Assembly (NCBI GenBank): GCA_035084275.1
Contig: CM068750.1
Span: 5,704,001-5,768,000 of the forward strand
Direction of reading: 5' to 3'
Origin: Hydrolagus colliei
Taxonomy: Eukaryota
Length of the DNA: 64,000 nucleotides
Both the position numbers and the translations under genes were made by a program. Below, in pieces: positions 63,466 through 64,000 of this stretch (positions are counted from its first letter, which is position 1; each line of letters opens with the position of its first letter). A model generated the notes under the pieces. That model saw only the letters and a list, made by a program, of their open reading frames with translations, was not told where the DNA came from and made no database searches.

Positions 63466-64000
63466 CTGAAAAAAATGGGAGGCATTTATTCTGTTGATAG
63501 ATAAAAGCAATTATTCAACCAATAATGAAAAAAACAAGAAAACAGAGAACAGGTGAAAAGATAATTGATATCTACAACCAGTGGAAAATTAAATACAAAA
63601 ACATAGCTTTGCTCCATGCTCATTAGCTGGTTAAAGCCAGGAAGTTCACAAATATTTAAACAACTTTAATGATTTAGATTAAAAATAAAACATTGGGTAT
63701 TCAAAAGGATTTGATTTGGTGCACAGCTCATGACATGAAAGGCATTATACAAATGTAATTTTGTATTTTATTGTTGCAGTAGCTGTAAGATAGTTTGTGC
63801 ACGAGAGTCTATATCCTATGCTGGATATAGACTCTCGTGTATTGGTGAAAGACTGATTCTGTGCTGGGCTAAAGAGGACTATTCCACAGGTTGGAGGCTC
63901 GCATGGAGTATAAACACCAGCAATTACTAGTTGGTCTGAATGGTCTGTTTAAAGATTTACATATACTGTACTTTGTAATACTATATGTCGGCTTTTGGGA

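Overview
Vertebrate genomic DNA, most likely a cartilaginous fish (the SINE/LINE2/CR1/Penelope repertoire looks holocephalan or shark-like; this is inference). Most ORFs in the track are spurious. Three spliced genes can be rebuilt by hand with GT-AG junctions and consistent phases: (1) a plus-strand C14orf180/NRAC-like gene (coding exons about 35.6-43.2 kb) encoding a small membrane protein with SILK-like and RVxF motifs; (2) a complete four-exon TMEM179 on the minus strand (47529-51511, 232 aa); (3) the last ten exons of an intact KIF28/KLP-6-type kinesin-3 gene on the minus strand (54803-63465, continuing beyond the window). The first ~29 kb has no recognisable gene. Other notable structure: a muscle-type regulatory motif cluster before NRAC, GC-shifted inverted SINEs and a G-rich minisatellite in TMEM179 intron 1, Penelope-like ends with hammerhead-like remnants, a small MITE, several perfect hairpins and a 151-nt assembly gap. 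Family and synteny calls rest on recalled sequences and gene orders, not on searches.
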